A stretch of 64,000 nucleotides of DNA from a virus. The stretch is from positions 12,702 to 76,701 of the IMG/VR virus record IMGVR_UViG_3300025940_000007; one strand, given 5' to 3'. A program made the position numbers and the translations under genes. Shown in pieces: positions 1 to 9,008 of this stretch (positions are counted from its first letter, which is position 1; each line of letters begins with the position of its first letter). The notes beneath the pieces are model-generated. The model searched no databases, was not told where the DNA came from, and was given only the letters and a program-made list of their open reading frames with translations.

Positions 1-126
1 GACGACGCCAAGGTCACCGACATCAACGGCGTGGAATTCTTCCTCGACCAACAGGATGGCGGACTCTTCCTGATCCCCTTGGGAATGACTTGGGACGACG
101 AGGCTGATGGATGGCGATGGCCCTGA
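1..126 (+). CDS. 3' end of a hypothetical early protein (partial)
   Basis: Frame 1 is open from base 1 (DDAKVTDINGVEFFLDQQDGG...) to TGA at 124-126. Confidence 0.5.
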   Translation, partial: DDAKVTDINGVEFFLDQQDGGLFLIPLGMTWDDEADGWRWP

Positions 127-282
127 CAATGGCTGCGCGCAAGCGCAAGCACCACGCACTGATGACGGCGTTGCTGAAAGAGATCGAAGCCGGTCTCGAT
201 CGCGACGTCGCCGCACAACGAGGCGCCGAGATTTTCGAAGAATGTTTCGGCGATCTACCACCACTGAAAAGGAGCAAACCGA

Positions 283-489
283 ATGACCGAAGTTAAACTC
301 AACAGGCCGCGCGTGATCGACAACGATCGCGGCGCTGTCATCGTCACGTGGCAGGGCCGACAGATCCGCGCTTGGTCGTATCAGAACGACACCGAGCGCA
401 GGACGAAAATGATGTACGCCCGGGAGTTCATCGAAGGCTGGATCGAGGGCTACGACTTCGCCGCTCGAAAAAGATTTTTGCCAGACTGA
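283..489 (+). CDS. hypothetical early protein
   Basis: 68 aa ORF with AGGAG RBS upstream. Confidence 0.6.
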   Translation: MTEVKLNRPRVIDNDRGAVIVTWQGRQIRAWSYQNDTERRTKMMYAREFIEGWIEGYDFAARKRFLPD

Positions 490-651
490 GTCCTATACAG
501 TCGGCAGAAATTGCGGGGCATATGCAAATTTGCATGTGCCTCGCCCTGTGTTTTCCGATGTCAAGTTTCTGAAATCACGAGCACGCACACTGGCGGGCTA
601 GCGTTTGCGCGTAGTCGATCGCAGCGTTCTGCGATTTGGCGCATGTGCGTT

Positions 652-660
652 TGCTACAAT
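652..660 (+). promoter_or_regulatory. putative extended -10 promoter element (TGcTACAAT)
   Basis: TGn-TACAAT about 30 nt upstream of the RBS/ATG at 690. Confidence 0.4.
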
Positions 661-689
661 GCGCGTGTTGTTCAACCAAAGGAGTGACA

Positions 690-1187
690 ATGGCTAAGAG
701 AGAAACCATCGAGACCATCGACGCGGCGCTCGCACGCTGGAAGCCTCGGCTGAAGCGGGCGGTCAATGCGATCGACAAGCTCGAAAAGAAGCGGCGCCGT
801 CTGGTGGCGAAGGCCACGGTGAGCGCGGCGCTTGATCCGGTGCTGGAGCAACTCGGCGCACTGACGATCAGGCCCAAGACCGAGCGCGTGGTCGTGTTCG
901 AGGGCGACCCTATCGACCCGGTCAAGATCGTGGACGATCCTGCGGTCAAGGCGGCGAAAGCCTCTGTAGAGGCCGCGCTGCTCGACCAGAGCCCCGATCT
1001 CGGCATCCCCTCCTTCCTGCGCCGGGCGCCTGACCCGGTGGCAGAGGAGATCAAGGCCGAACAGGCCGCGACCAAGAAGGCGAAGGCCGCTGGCAGGATC
1101 GCGAAGATGAAAGCGAAGAAAGCCGGTGACCTGAAGAAGATGCCCCTCACCGGCAAAGCCGCGCTCGCCGCCATCCGGGGCGAGTAA
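690..1187 (+). CDS. hypothetical basic/Ala-rich early protein
   Basis: AAAGGAG RBS then ATG at 690 (MAKRETIETID...). Confidence 0.7.
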   Translation: MAKRETIETIDAALARWKPRLKRAVNAIDKLEKKRRRLVAKATVSAALDPVLEQLGALTIRPKTERVVVFEGDPIDPVKIVDDPAVKAAKASVEAALLDQSPDLGIPSFLRRAPDPVAEEIKAEQAATKKAKAAGRIAKMKAKKAGDLKKMPLTGKAALAAIRGE

Positions 1188-1194
1188 ACGAGAT

Positions 1195-1273
1195 GGGTCG
1201 CCGGGCAACCGGCGGCCCGGAGGCCCGGCCACAGCACATATGAAACCCACGACTGGGTTGCCGGGCCTCCACC
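1195..1273 (+). ncRNA. solitary TIGR-like guide unit preceded by a GCAA-tetraloop hairpin
   Basis: ggaggcccggc-ca-CAGCACATA-tgaaaccca-CGACTGGGT-tg-ccgggcctcc (1219-1270). Confidence 0.85.
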
Positions 1274-1304
1274 CTTCCCCCAACCCACGAAAGGAGCAAC
1301 CATC

Positions 1305-1664
1305 GTGAAAAAGAAATGCCACGCCACCGGAAAGATCCGGCATCGCCGGGACTACGCTGAAGCCCTGCTGAAATCGTTTAACAACGCCGGAATGAGTGCG
1401 TACAAATGCCAGCACTGCTACGGCTGGCACTTAGGTAACAGCCGCACTGACTACAACTACCAAGCCCGCATCGACCAGCTTTTAAAAGGGAGCAAGACGA
1501 ATGACGCCAAGCGAGATGGCAACGGAGATACTGAAGAACATCGAAGCGACCCGGGCAGTGATGGAGGACGGCCCGACTGGGTATGTCCTTCACACAGCGG
1601 ACAAGATGCACCTCCTCTGTCAGAAACCGGGCGGCCAGATCTTCAAGAGCCATCCACAAAATGA
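1305..1664 (+). CDS. hypothetical protein with a CxxC motif (YKCQHCYGWHL)
   Basis: AAGGAG RBS and GTG start; the 3' part overlaps the next gene. Confidence 0.5.
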   Translation: MKKKCHATGKIRHRRDYAEALLKSFNNAGMSAYKCQHCYGWHLGNSRTDYNYQARIDQLLKGSKTNDAKRDGNGDTEEHRSDPGSDGGRPDWVCPSHSGQDAPPLSETGRPDLQEPSTK

Positions 1665-1851
1665 TGCGGTGCTCGTGCTGACATCGCACGCCCGTGCGGT
1701 GACGGCACAGCGTTGGTGGAATCATCACAACCCGGACGACAAGGTGAAGATCGCACTGCGACGCGAAGCGATGCAGGCCTACATCGATGAACAGCAGAAT
1801 GCGCACAACATTCTGCTCACGCTGATCCAAATGAAGGAGCAACTGGGATGA
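1501..1851 (+). CDS. hypothetical early protein, matched by two solitary guides
   Basis: GGGAG RBS; 116 aa; guide mismatches fall on third codon positions of this frame, which supports it. Confidence 0.75.
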   Translation: MTPSEMATEILKNIEATRAVMEDGPTGYVLHTADKMHLLCQKPGGQIFKSHPQNDAVLVLTSHARAVTAQRWWNHHNPDDKVKIALRREAMQAYIDEQQNAHNILLTLIQMKEQLG

Positions 1852-2087
1852 CCAAGTTCAAGGACACTACCGCAGAGATCCGCAAAGAGATGATCGAGAT
1901 GGGCTGGCCCGAGGCGTCGTGCGAGAAAGCCGATCGACGCTACACCACAGATGAGCTCCGGCAGGAATTCATCGTGCGTTCATTCCTCGCGCCGTTTGTT
2001 TTCGTCACGCGGATCTCGGACAACGTGAAGGGGACGATGGAATTCACTCATGATCCTCGGCTCTACTTCAACTTCAAGCCCGACTAA
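1848..2087 (+). CDS. hypothetical protein
   Basis: ATGA overlap with the upstream gene. Confidence 0.65.
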   Translation: MTKFKDTTAEIRKEMIEMGWPEASCEKADRRYTTDELRQEFIVRSFLAPFVFVTRISDNVKGTMEFTHDPRLYFNFKPD

Positions 2088-2096
2088 GGAGCAACC

Positions 2097-2519
2097 ATGC
2101 AACACTCGTACGTCATCATCAATCCGCACACCCGCAAGAAGTCTGCGATCGTGTGCGACACCATCTTCGAGGCGCAAGCCGCCGCCGGTCTCACGCAAGG
2201 TGTGGACCACGGCGTGCTCGTGCACGGCCTTGGCTACTGCGTGTACGAATTCGGGCTGTTCGTCCCGATCGAGGAGCAGAAATATTTCAGTGTCGGCAAC
2301 ATCCTGTTTGCCGGTCCTGCCGTGTTCTATCGATACGACGATTACGGAGAAACATTGAGCTTGCGCGCGTCGGAATTCCCCGACGTGCGTTTCTACCTCG
2401 GTGCGAATGACATCGAGGCGGCGATCGATCATGGGGATGTCGAGCGTCCGTTCATGGCTGTGAATGGTGTCGAGTTGTGGCACTGGCCGCAGCCAGCCCC
2501 GAAAGGCATGAGTAGGTGA
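2097..2519 (+). CDS. hypothetical protein
   Basis: AAGGAGCAACC RBS, 140 aa. Confidence 0.7.
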   Translation: MQHSYVIINPHTRKKSAIVCDTIFEAQAAAGLTQGVDHGVLVHGLGYCVYEFGLFVPIEEQKYFSVGNILFAGPAVFYRYDDYGETLSLRASEFPDVRFYLGANDIEAAIDHGDVERPFMAVNGVELWHWPQPAPKGMSR

Positions 2520-2640
2520 GAGGGTGTGGACTGAGGACGTGACTGCACTGGCGATGATGACGGCATTCTGTGCCGTCGTTCTCGTTACCACTTGGCTCGT
2601 AATGAGCCACTAACCGCAACTGAAAAAGGAGCAACAAGCT

Positions 2641-3015
2641 ATGGACGATGGATTTCTCGGGACGATCCTTGCTGTGGTTATCGGCAAGGCAGTATGGGAT
2701 GGATCGAAATCGAAACTGCCACCAGCGAAGCAACGCGAGGTCAATCAAGACTTCGGGCGCTTCCTCGGCTGGGCTGTGATCGGCTTCATGGCTCTTGCCA
2801 TGCTCGCTGGAGCGATCGACAAGGCGTTCTCTCAGACGTCGCAGCACACCTTCCGCGACTCATCTGGTCGCGTGATGGGATATTCCACCACGAACAACGC
2901 TGGCACAGTGTACCGCAATGAGCTCGGCCAGACCACTGGCCGATCGACCACGAACAGCGTCGGCACCACGTTCTATAACTCGCGCGGCCAACAGACGGGC
3001 CGCATCAGCAAATAA
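2641..3015 (+). CDS. hypothetical membrane/secreted protein with C-terminal G-x-S-T-T-N repeats
   Basis: AAGGAG RBS; two hydrophobic stretches; repeated GYSTTN/GRSTTN. Confidence 0.6.
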   Translation: MDDGFLGTILAVVIGKAVWDGSKSKLPPAKQREVNQDFGRFLGWAVIGFMALAMLAGAIDKAFSQTSQHTFRDSSGRVMGYSTTNNAGTVYRNELGQTTGRSTTNSVGTTFYNSRGQQTGRISK

Positions 3016-3019
3016 GAAC

Positions 3020-3092
3020 CCTCCGTGAGGAGGCTAAGGAGGCCCGGCCAGTACATCGACGCAACCCATGTTGCTCATGCCGGGCCTCCACC
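3020..3092 (+). ncRNA. solitary TIGR-like guide unit preceded by a GTGA-tetraloop hairpin
   Basis: ggaggcccggc-ca-GTACATCGA-cgcaaccca-TGTTGCTCA-tg-ccgggcctcc (3038-3089). Confidence 0.85.
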
Positions 3093-3122
3093 TTTTTTCA
3101 TTCAACTAAGGAGCAACCAAAC

Positions 3123-3407
3123 ATGGTTACCAGTGAATTCCGCGACCTTCACAAGCTCGCGAAACAACGCACCCGTGACGCCGCCGCGAGCGTCCTGCAA
3201 CTGCTCGATGATGATGAGGAGCGCACAGCGCTGTTGCTGGCGTGCGCGATCGATTTCGTAGACGGCGCCGCTGTCTGCATTAAGGAGGACAACGAAGCGA
3301 TGACCAAGGATCAGGCGCTGGCTGCAGCGATCGGCATGCTGATCTCTTCCTATGGTGTGGAGAAGGTGGTCGCCGCCTTCAGGGGCTTACGGGAGGCACG
3401 TCGATGA
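3123..3407 (+). CDS. hypothetical protein
   Basis: AAGGAG RBS directly after the guide unit. Confidence 0.65.
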   Translation: MVTSEFRDLHKLAKQRTRDAAASVLQLLDDDEERTALLLACAIDFVDGAAVCIKEDNEAMTKDQALAAAIGMLISSYGVEKVVAAFRGLREARR

Positions 3408-3763
3408 TGTTTCGATTGATGGCCTTCATCGTCGCCATGTCGGACACCGGGAGCGTGTCGATGGTGACGGCCCACACTGACTGGCCCGACGAGCAGGCGT
3501 GCCGGGCGATCCTCCAGAGCCACTACAGCCCGCCGCCGGAAACTGTTTTCAACGGGCACAATGTCGCGGTAAAGATCTCCGCCTCTTGCGTGCCTGTGAA
3601 CGACGCGCAAGTTCCCGTCCTACAGGCGCCCGTCGCAAACGGGCGTCCGCCCCCGATCAACGTCCCGCCGCCGCTCGCCCAGATGATCCCGCGCTTCTTC
3701 AACGAGCTCGGCCAACCGATGCTGGCGCCGCCATGTGGCGGGCGATTACCTTGCGACTACTGA
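3404..3763 (+). CDS. hypothetical protein
   Basis: ATGA-coupled ORF, 119 aa. Confidence 0.55.
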   Translation: MMFRLMAFIVAMSDTGSVSMVTAHTDWPDEQACRAILQSHYSPPPETVFNGHNVAVKISASCVPVNDAQVPVLQAPVANGRPPPINVPPPLAQMIPRFFNELGQPMLAPPCGGRLPCDY

Positions 3764-3766
3764 GGA

Positions 3767-4021
3767 ATGACCATGCGATACGAACGAGCCAACAAGCACG
3801 ATAATCCCAACTGCGAAGGTGTTCACTGCGGTGACGCCAACGGCGAGGTGCGCCGCTATCCTCTAGGCGGTGGCGGCTACCTCGTGCTGTGCATCGCCTG
3901 CGCAGCGTACGAGAACCATCAGCGATACATCCGAGGACGAGAGACCGGCCAGCCGCAGAATTTCCCACAAGCCAACTGGTTCTCTTGCACGGTGTACGGC
4001 GCAGAGGAGGCACCGAAATGA
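3767..4021 (+). CDS. hypothetical Cys-rich (Zn-finger-like) protein
   Basis: CEGVHC...CIAC motifs. Confidence 0.6.
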   Translation: MTMRYERANKHDNPNCEGVHCGDANGEVRRYPLGGGGYLVLCIACAAYENHQRYIRGRETGQPQNFPQANWFSCTVYGAEEAPK

Positions 4022-4254
4022 CCGGCGACGAATACCGTGCGGCGCTCGATCACGTGGGCATGTCCCAAGTCGGCGCCGCCCGCTTCTTCAAAGTCGCACC
4101 CTCCACATCACGCCGCTGGATCGCGGATCAACTCATCGTCCCGCCAGCGGTGGCGAGGTTGCTGTGCGTCATGATGAAGAAGCACCTCTCACCCGGAGAA
4201 GTTCTTGAGATCGAAGCGGCCTTGACGAAGGTTGCGGAGACAGAGGACGCTTGA
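4018..4254 (+). CDS. small helix-turn-helix protein
   Basis: MTGDEYRAALDHVGMSQVGAARFFKVAPSTSRRW is an XRE/Cro-like HTH pattern; GGAGG RBS. Confidence 0.65.
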   Translation: MTGDEYRAALDHVGMSQVGAARFFKVAPSTSRRWIADQLIVPPAVARLLCVMMKKHLSPGEVLEIEAALTKVAETEDA

Positions 4255-4307
4255 TATATCGTCGGGTGAATTCTTTCCGGGCTGGGTTTTTGAGTTGCTC
4301 CTTTTAC

Positions 4308-4535
4308 CTAGCTCTGGTGGACCGTTGGGGCGGCGGCAACGTCGCCCCTTCGCGTCTCCCGCAACTCCTCCAGCGTCATCAGCACCGCCGCCATCGCTGT
4401 CAGGCGCCGCTCGGCTTCGGTGCTCGTCATCTTCCCTTGATCAATCATCCTCACGTACACGCGCTTTCGCTGTTCGATCTCGCGATGCACCTCCGCGATC
4501 TGGGCGCCCAGTGAAACGCGATCGATCACGCTCAT
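4308..4535 (-). CDS. hypothetical phage protein
   Basis: 75 aa; last gene of the - strand replication block. Confidence 0.6.
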   Translation of the reverse strand: MSVIDRVSLGAQIAEVHREIEQRKRVYVRMIDQGKMTSTEAERRLTAMAAVLMTLEELRETRRGDVAAAPTVHQS

Positions 4536-4741
4536 TCAAAGATCTCCCATTCGATCCGCGTCACGGGCGCCCCGGAGCGCGTCTCGTGCGTCAAGCGAAA
4601 CACCTGTAGCTTGCACTGATGCATCGCTTCGAGTTGCTGCCGCTCGAACTCGACATCTTCCGGTGTCGCGGTCTTCAAGAACAGCGATTCGTATTGCAGT
4701 AACTTGACCTCTACCATGTCAGCCTCGAACATTGTCATCAT
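4532..4741 (-). CDS. hypothetical protein
   Basis: Coupled ORF downstream of the helicase. Confidence 0.5.
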   Translation of the reverse strand: MMTMFEADMVEVKLLQYESLFLKTATPEDVEFERQQLEAMHQCKLQVFRLTHETRSGAPVTRIEWEIFE

Positions 4742-6278
4742 CCCATGCCCTTTTAGCTTTTGATTTTGCCCAAGCGATGGCGCGTGATTTGATCCATGAT
4801 GCGGTGCTCGGTTTCGGCGACAGCATGGGCACGTGCTTCATATCGTGCGCTGGCCACACGCCGATGCGCTCGCGGTATTTGTTCGCGGCCCAACCATCTT
4901 TGTAGTTATGCTGGAAGGCGTACCCTTTGAGCTCGGCGAAGAACATCGCCCGCTCGTTGTGCGTCAACAGCGAGCCGTCGCTCATGGGAGTCTTCGGGCG
5001 TGGCTTGAGCTCACGGAGCTCGCCCGCCCTCGGTTCTATTTTGCTGACCACGATGGAAGTAAACCCGCACGCCGGGCACTTCGCCATCTTCGGTGGCCGG
5101 AGATACGAACACTGCGGACACTCCTTCGGGAGCCGGATCATCATGGTGCGATTGTCATGACGCGGCGCCTTGCCGTCGTGCAGGCCGGTGTACGATTCAT
5201 CGATGTCGGTCACAAAGCCCAACCGGCTGTGGTTGTCGCTGTGGTCAAGGATCAAACAATGATCCTTCGGTGCCGAACCCTCTGGCGCCGTGCGCAGACC
5301 GCGCCCGATGATTTGTGTGAACAGCATGTCGCTGCGTGTCGGTCGACAAAGCACGATGCATCGCACGTCCCAGTCAACACCGGTCGTCAACGTTTCGACA
5401 TTCACAACCACTTCGTATTCACCGCTGTGGAATTTCCGCTTGATCTCGCCACGGCCCTCGATCACGGCGCCAGTCTTGCGGCTCCGCTTCGTCGCGTCGT
5501 CGTGGTTGAAGTCGAGGTAGCCGCAGCGCACGCCCGCCGCAATGAACTGCTCCTGCAGCTTCTTCGCGTGCGCACGATCGACGGCGTAGCACAGCGTCGG
5601 GCGCCGCTCGCCCAGTCTCACCCACGTGTCCACCGCGTCCCCGATCAGCGGCTGCATCTTCTCCGACAATTCCTGTTCGTGGTAATCGCCATTGACGATG
5701 CGCACGCCCGTGAGATCCGGATGGCTCGGCGCGTACACTTTGAAGTCCGACAGGAAGCCAGCGTCGATCATCTGCCGGATCGTCGCCGCTTTGTGGAAGT
5801 GGTCGAACCATGCGCCCAGTCCCACGGTCCACGGTGTCGCCGATAGTCCGATGAACGGCACGTTGCCCCATTCAGGCATCTTGTCTTTCGATAGCCAGCG
5901 TTCGTAGAACCGAAACCACCGATGCGCCTCATCGAGGATCACGACGTCGGCCTGTGGCAACGTTCGCTTCATCAAGGTGGCGATGCTGCAAACTTGGATC
6001 GGCTGCGTCCAATCCGTTTGATGATGCGTCGCTTGAATGACGCCCACGTCCCAGATCTTCTGCTTCGCGAACATGTCCACAGTCTGGTCGATCAATGAGA
6101 TCGCTGGCACCGTGAAGAGGATCTTCTTCTGCTTCGCCCGCGCATTGTTGACCAGTGCGGCGGCTAACATCGTCTTGCCGTAGCCTGTGGGCGCCTGCAT
6201 CATGATCCGACGCTTCCCTGCGCCCACCGCTTCACGCAGCGCCTGCAGTGCATCTTCCTGATCATCTCGAAGGGTCAT
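4719..6278 (-). CDS. superfamily 2 DEAH helicase with C-terminal Zn finger (RadD/UvsW-like)
   Basis: Walker A APTGYGKT, DEAH, GLSATP, QIIGRGLR, CPQC...CPAC. Confidence 0.92.
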   Translation of the reverse strand: MTLRDDQEDALQALREAVGAGKRRIMMQAPTGYGKTMLAAALVNNARAKQKKILFTVPAISLIDQTVDMFAKQKIWDVGVIQATHHQTDWTQPIQVCSIATLMKRTLPQADVVILDEAHRWFRFYERWLSKDKMPEWGNVPFIGLSATPWTVGLGAWFDHFHKAATIRQMIDAGFLSDFKVYAPSHPDLTGVRIVNGDYHEQELSEKMQPLIGDAVDTWVRLGERRPTLCYAVDRAHAKKLQEQFIAAGVRCGYLDFNHDDATKRSRKTGAVIEGRGEIKRKFHSGEYEVVVNVETLTTGVDWDVRCIVLCRPTRSDMLFTQIIGRGLRTAPEGSAPKDHCLILDHSDNHSRLGFVTDIDESYTGLHDGKAPRHDNRTMMIRLPKECPQCSYLRPPKMAKCPACGFTSIVVSKIEPRAGELRELKPRPKTPMSDGSLLTHNERAMFFAELKGYAFQHNYKDGWAANKYRERIGVWPAHDMKHVPMLSPKPSTASWIKSRAIAWAKSKAKRAWDDDNVRG

Positions 6279-6562
6279 CGTCCACCCTCCTTGATCGTAC
6301 CGTGCAAACTGGGATCGAGCTCATGCTCCTCGTGCGTCTTGAGCCACTCGCGCAGCGGCGCGTTCGCTTTCATGCCCTTGTCGAAGTCCTCGCGCGTGAT
6401 CGCTTCCTCAAACAGCAACTCACGCCCGAGCGTTTCGTCGGAGCGCAGATAATCGCGCATCGCGTCGATCAGTTTGACCAGCGCCTCGGGATAATGAAGC
6501 GGCATGTTGTCGAGGTGGCGATCGAGGTGCCTTCCGAATTCTTCGAACGGGTCACGCGGCAT
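6275..6562 (-). CDS. hypothetical protein
   Basis: AAAGGAG RBS before MPRDPFEE. Confidence 0.6.
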   Translation of the reverse strand: MPRDPFEEFGRHLDRHLDNMPLHYPEALVKLIDAMRDYLRSDETLGRELLFEEAITREDFDKGMKANAPLREWLKTHEEHELDPSLHGTIKEGGR

Positions 6563-7445
6563 TGGCTTTGCTCCTTTGTTTTTGGATACATTCACACACA
6601 ACATCGATACCGTGCAGACGCAGCGTCGCGTTCGCGTCGAGGCCATCGACAAACCTCACCGCGATCAGATCCGGTCTCACCGCGCGCGCCGCCTCCAGTG
6701 CGCGCTGACCAGCCGGATCGGCGTCCACCGCCACAACGATCTCTGTGAAGCCCTTGGCACGGCGCAGGCACTGCGCAATGCGGCCAGCCGCTCCTGCCGC
6801 CCACGCGGTCCCGCCTGCCGCCAGCGCCATCGTTGCCGCGTCCTCGATACCCTCGGCAATGAACAGATGACCCTCGCCGCCAGCCACGATGATCGGCCAG
6901 CCCGCTGACGGACCCAGCATGATCTTGACCGGCTCGACATCGGCCTTGCTTCCGTCCGCAGTGATGCGTGTCAGGTGGATGCCGCGCGTGCTGCCATCAC
7001 GGCTGGAGAACCGGGCAACCATCGCATGGTGGTGGCGCCCCTCACCCTTCAAGAACCGGATGTTGGGCGTGTCGATCAGGCACCCACGGCGGCGCAGATA
7101 CAATTCGGCAGACGTGCCCCGCAGAGGCACAGCGCGGCCCCACAGATGCGCGGCCAGTTCTGCCTTGTCTGGCTCGGGTGCCTTCACAAACTTGACCGGC
7201 GGCCTGCTGCTGCCGTTCTTGCTGGGGAAGGCCGAGCCCTTGGCCGTGCACCGCGCACAGATGTAGGTATAGCCATCGCTGCCATCGTCATGCGGCAGGA
7301 TCGCCAATGTCCGGCGCCGACGATTGTATGGTTTGCGGCACTCCGGGCCGCAGAGCGGACAGGCCAGATGATATTTGTTGCCGACGCGACGTGCCGCACC
7401 AACCATCCGAACAAGCTCATCGAAGTTGAAGGCGGTGTCCATCAT
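6552..7445 (-). CDS. phage primase-like protein (Zn-binding domain + Toprim)
   Basis: CPLC...CARC, YLRRRG, AEGIEDA and DADPAG Toprim motifs. Confidence 0.85.
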   Translation of the reverse strand: MMDTAFNFDELVRMVGAARRVGNKYHLACPLCGPECRKPYNRRRRTLAILPHDDGSDGYTYICARCTAKGSAFPSKNGSSRPPVKFVKAPEPDKAELAAHLWGRAVPLRGTSAELYLRRRGCLIDTPNIRFLKGEGRHHHAMVARFSSRDGSTRGIHLTRITADGSKADVEPVKIMLGPSAGWPIIVAGGEGHLFIAEGIEDAATMALAAGGTAWAAGAAGRIAQCLRRAKGFTEIVVAVDADPAGQRALEAARAVRPDLIAVRFVDGLDANATLRLHGIDVVCECIQKQRSKANAA

Positions 7446-7885
7446 CGCTCCGTGATCTGGATTCCGGCATCACGAAGCGTCTCCTTCGAGAGCTCATCCG
7501 CCTCATCGTTATCGCCACGCCTGATCCATTCACCGTTGACCGACGTGAACCTCGCCAGCTTCTCCTTCGCGTCATGAGCGAACGGGACATAGGCGCCACT
7601 CTTGATCCGCCAGTTGCCGAAGCACTGCTCGATCACGAGCTTCGAATCACCGCGCATCAGGACCGGGCTCGCCTCCAGACTGCGCTCGATGAACCAATCG
7701 AGGGCGATGTTGAGAGCCATGTACTCCGCCACGTTGTTCGTGTTCGTGCTCGCGGCTGCGACCATGCCAGCCTTCCGAAAGACCCTCTGCTTGTCGGCGT
7801 CGTAGATCACCACGCCGTAGCCCATCGCTCCGCCCGGGTTCTGCGGCTCACAACATCCGTCAAAGTAGACCACGTATTCGCTCAT
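7442..7885 (-). CDS. ribonuclease HI family protein
   Basis: YFDGC..NPG, TNNVAEY, GDSKLVI, WIRR..N.EADELS motifs. Confidence 0.9.
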   Translation of the reverse strand: MSEYVVYFDGCCEPQNPGGAMGYGVVIYDADKQRVFRKAGMVAAASTNTNNVAEYMALNIALDWFIERSLEASPVLMRGDSKLVIEQCFGNWRIKSGAYVPFAHDAKEKLARFTSVNGEWIRRGDNDEADELSKETLRDAGIQITER

Positions 7886-8241
7886 TTTTAAGTTGCTCCT
7901 TCAATCTGGCACATCGTTTGCTACGCGCGGCTTCAGTAAGATTCTATCGTTGTAAGTTCTTGTTTTCTTTCTTTCTTCCTTTTCTCTCTCCTCCCCGTTG
8001 AGAGAAGTAAGTAAGAAAGAAAGAAGAGGCGGGCGCGCGAGAACGCGACCGGACATAGCTCCGCCTGCGCCGGGAAACGGGACAATTCCCCGGCGGGACA
8101 GGCGTCTCCAAACGACGGGAGCGACCCATCGCGCGTGAACCCGAAACCTTGAAGTGTGTGGGGAGTTGATGTTTAGTGCGGAACTGTTGTATGTTCGCGC
8201 ACAAGACATCCGCGCCTTGCCACACAAGGTTAGTCGGATTT

Positions 8242-8276
8242 AAAGGGCGGTGCCGCTTGCTACGGTGCCGCCCTTT
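8242..8276. terminator. GC-rich hairpin, possible bidirectional intrinsic terminator
   Basis: aaagggcggtgccg-cttgcta-cggtgccgcccttt. Confidence 0.5.
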
Positions 8277-8468
8277 CTCGTTTCGCTCTCGCGAATCGTG
8301 AGCCCGAACCTTGGGCTCCGGAATGTCATCTGGTCAACATAAAACTCGATCACGAAAAATATCGGGGACATTGCCCACGAGGACGATGGACCAACATCAA
8401 GTGTGATTCGTTGAAAACCATACAGGATGTTGAATCTGTTCTCCTCCGCGTTCGCATCCGTTCGCTTC

Positions 8469-9008
8469 TCACCGTGAGCGCGTCCGGAAGAGCGGCGTTG
8501 TGCGGTGCGCCATCTGAGGATTGAGCCAACAGCACGTGTAATCCCACAGCGCCGCCGCGTCTGATTCGTCGGTCGTCTCGCAGCCCCAGCCGAAGTCGAT
8601 GCACCGCTCCAACGTCATCGGCTTGGCGATCTTCGCCTTGAAATTCTGGCCGAGGAAGTGACATCGCACTTGGCTAGTCGTGGCTTCACGCAATTCAGCT
8701 TTACCGTACGCCCATTCCTCGACGTGCTCCGCGAGGCCGACCAGCATCCGCGTGGTGTCGATGTTCGTCTTGCCGCCCATGATCGACGGCACCGCCGGGC
8801 TTTCGTAGGCGATCAGATCCGGTATCTCCTCGCGCTGTCCCCACGTCTCGTCTAGCCACGTGCGGAAGGCGCGGTAGGTGTGCGCACGCGAAGATCCGGG
8901 CTTGGTGAACCGGATATGCCCGCATTGCGGATTCGATCCCGGGCACCCGTACGCCCAGCCGGTGGTTGTCGCCAAGTCCAACGCAAGAACGCGCCCGGTG
9001 AACGTCAT
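8469..9008 (-). CDS. RuvC-like Holliday junction resolvase
   Basis: VLALDLATTTGWA, IAYESP, DESDAAALW acidic motif pattern. Confidence 0.8.
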   Translation of the reverse strand: MTFTGRVLALDLATTTGWAYGCPGSNPQCGHIRFTKPGSSRAHTYRAFRTWLDETWGQREEIPDLIAYESPAVPSIMGGKTNIDTTRMLVGLAEHVEEWAYGKAELREATTSQVRCHFLGQNFKAKIAKPMTLERCIDFGWGCETTDESDAAALWDYTCCWLNPQMAHRTTPLFRTRSR

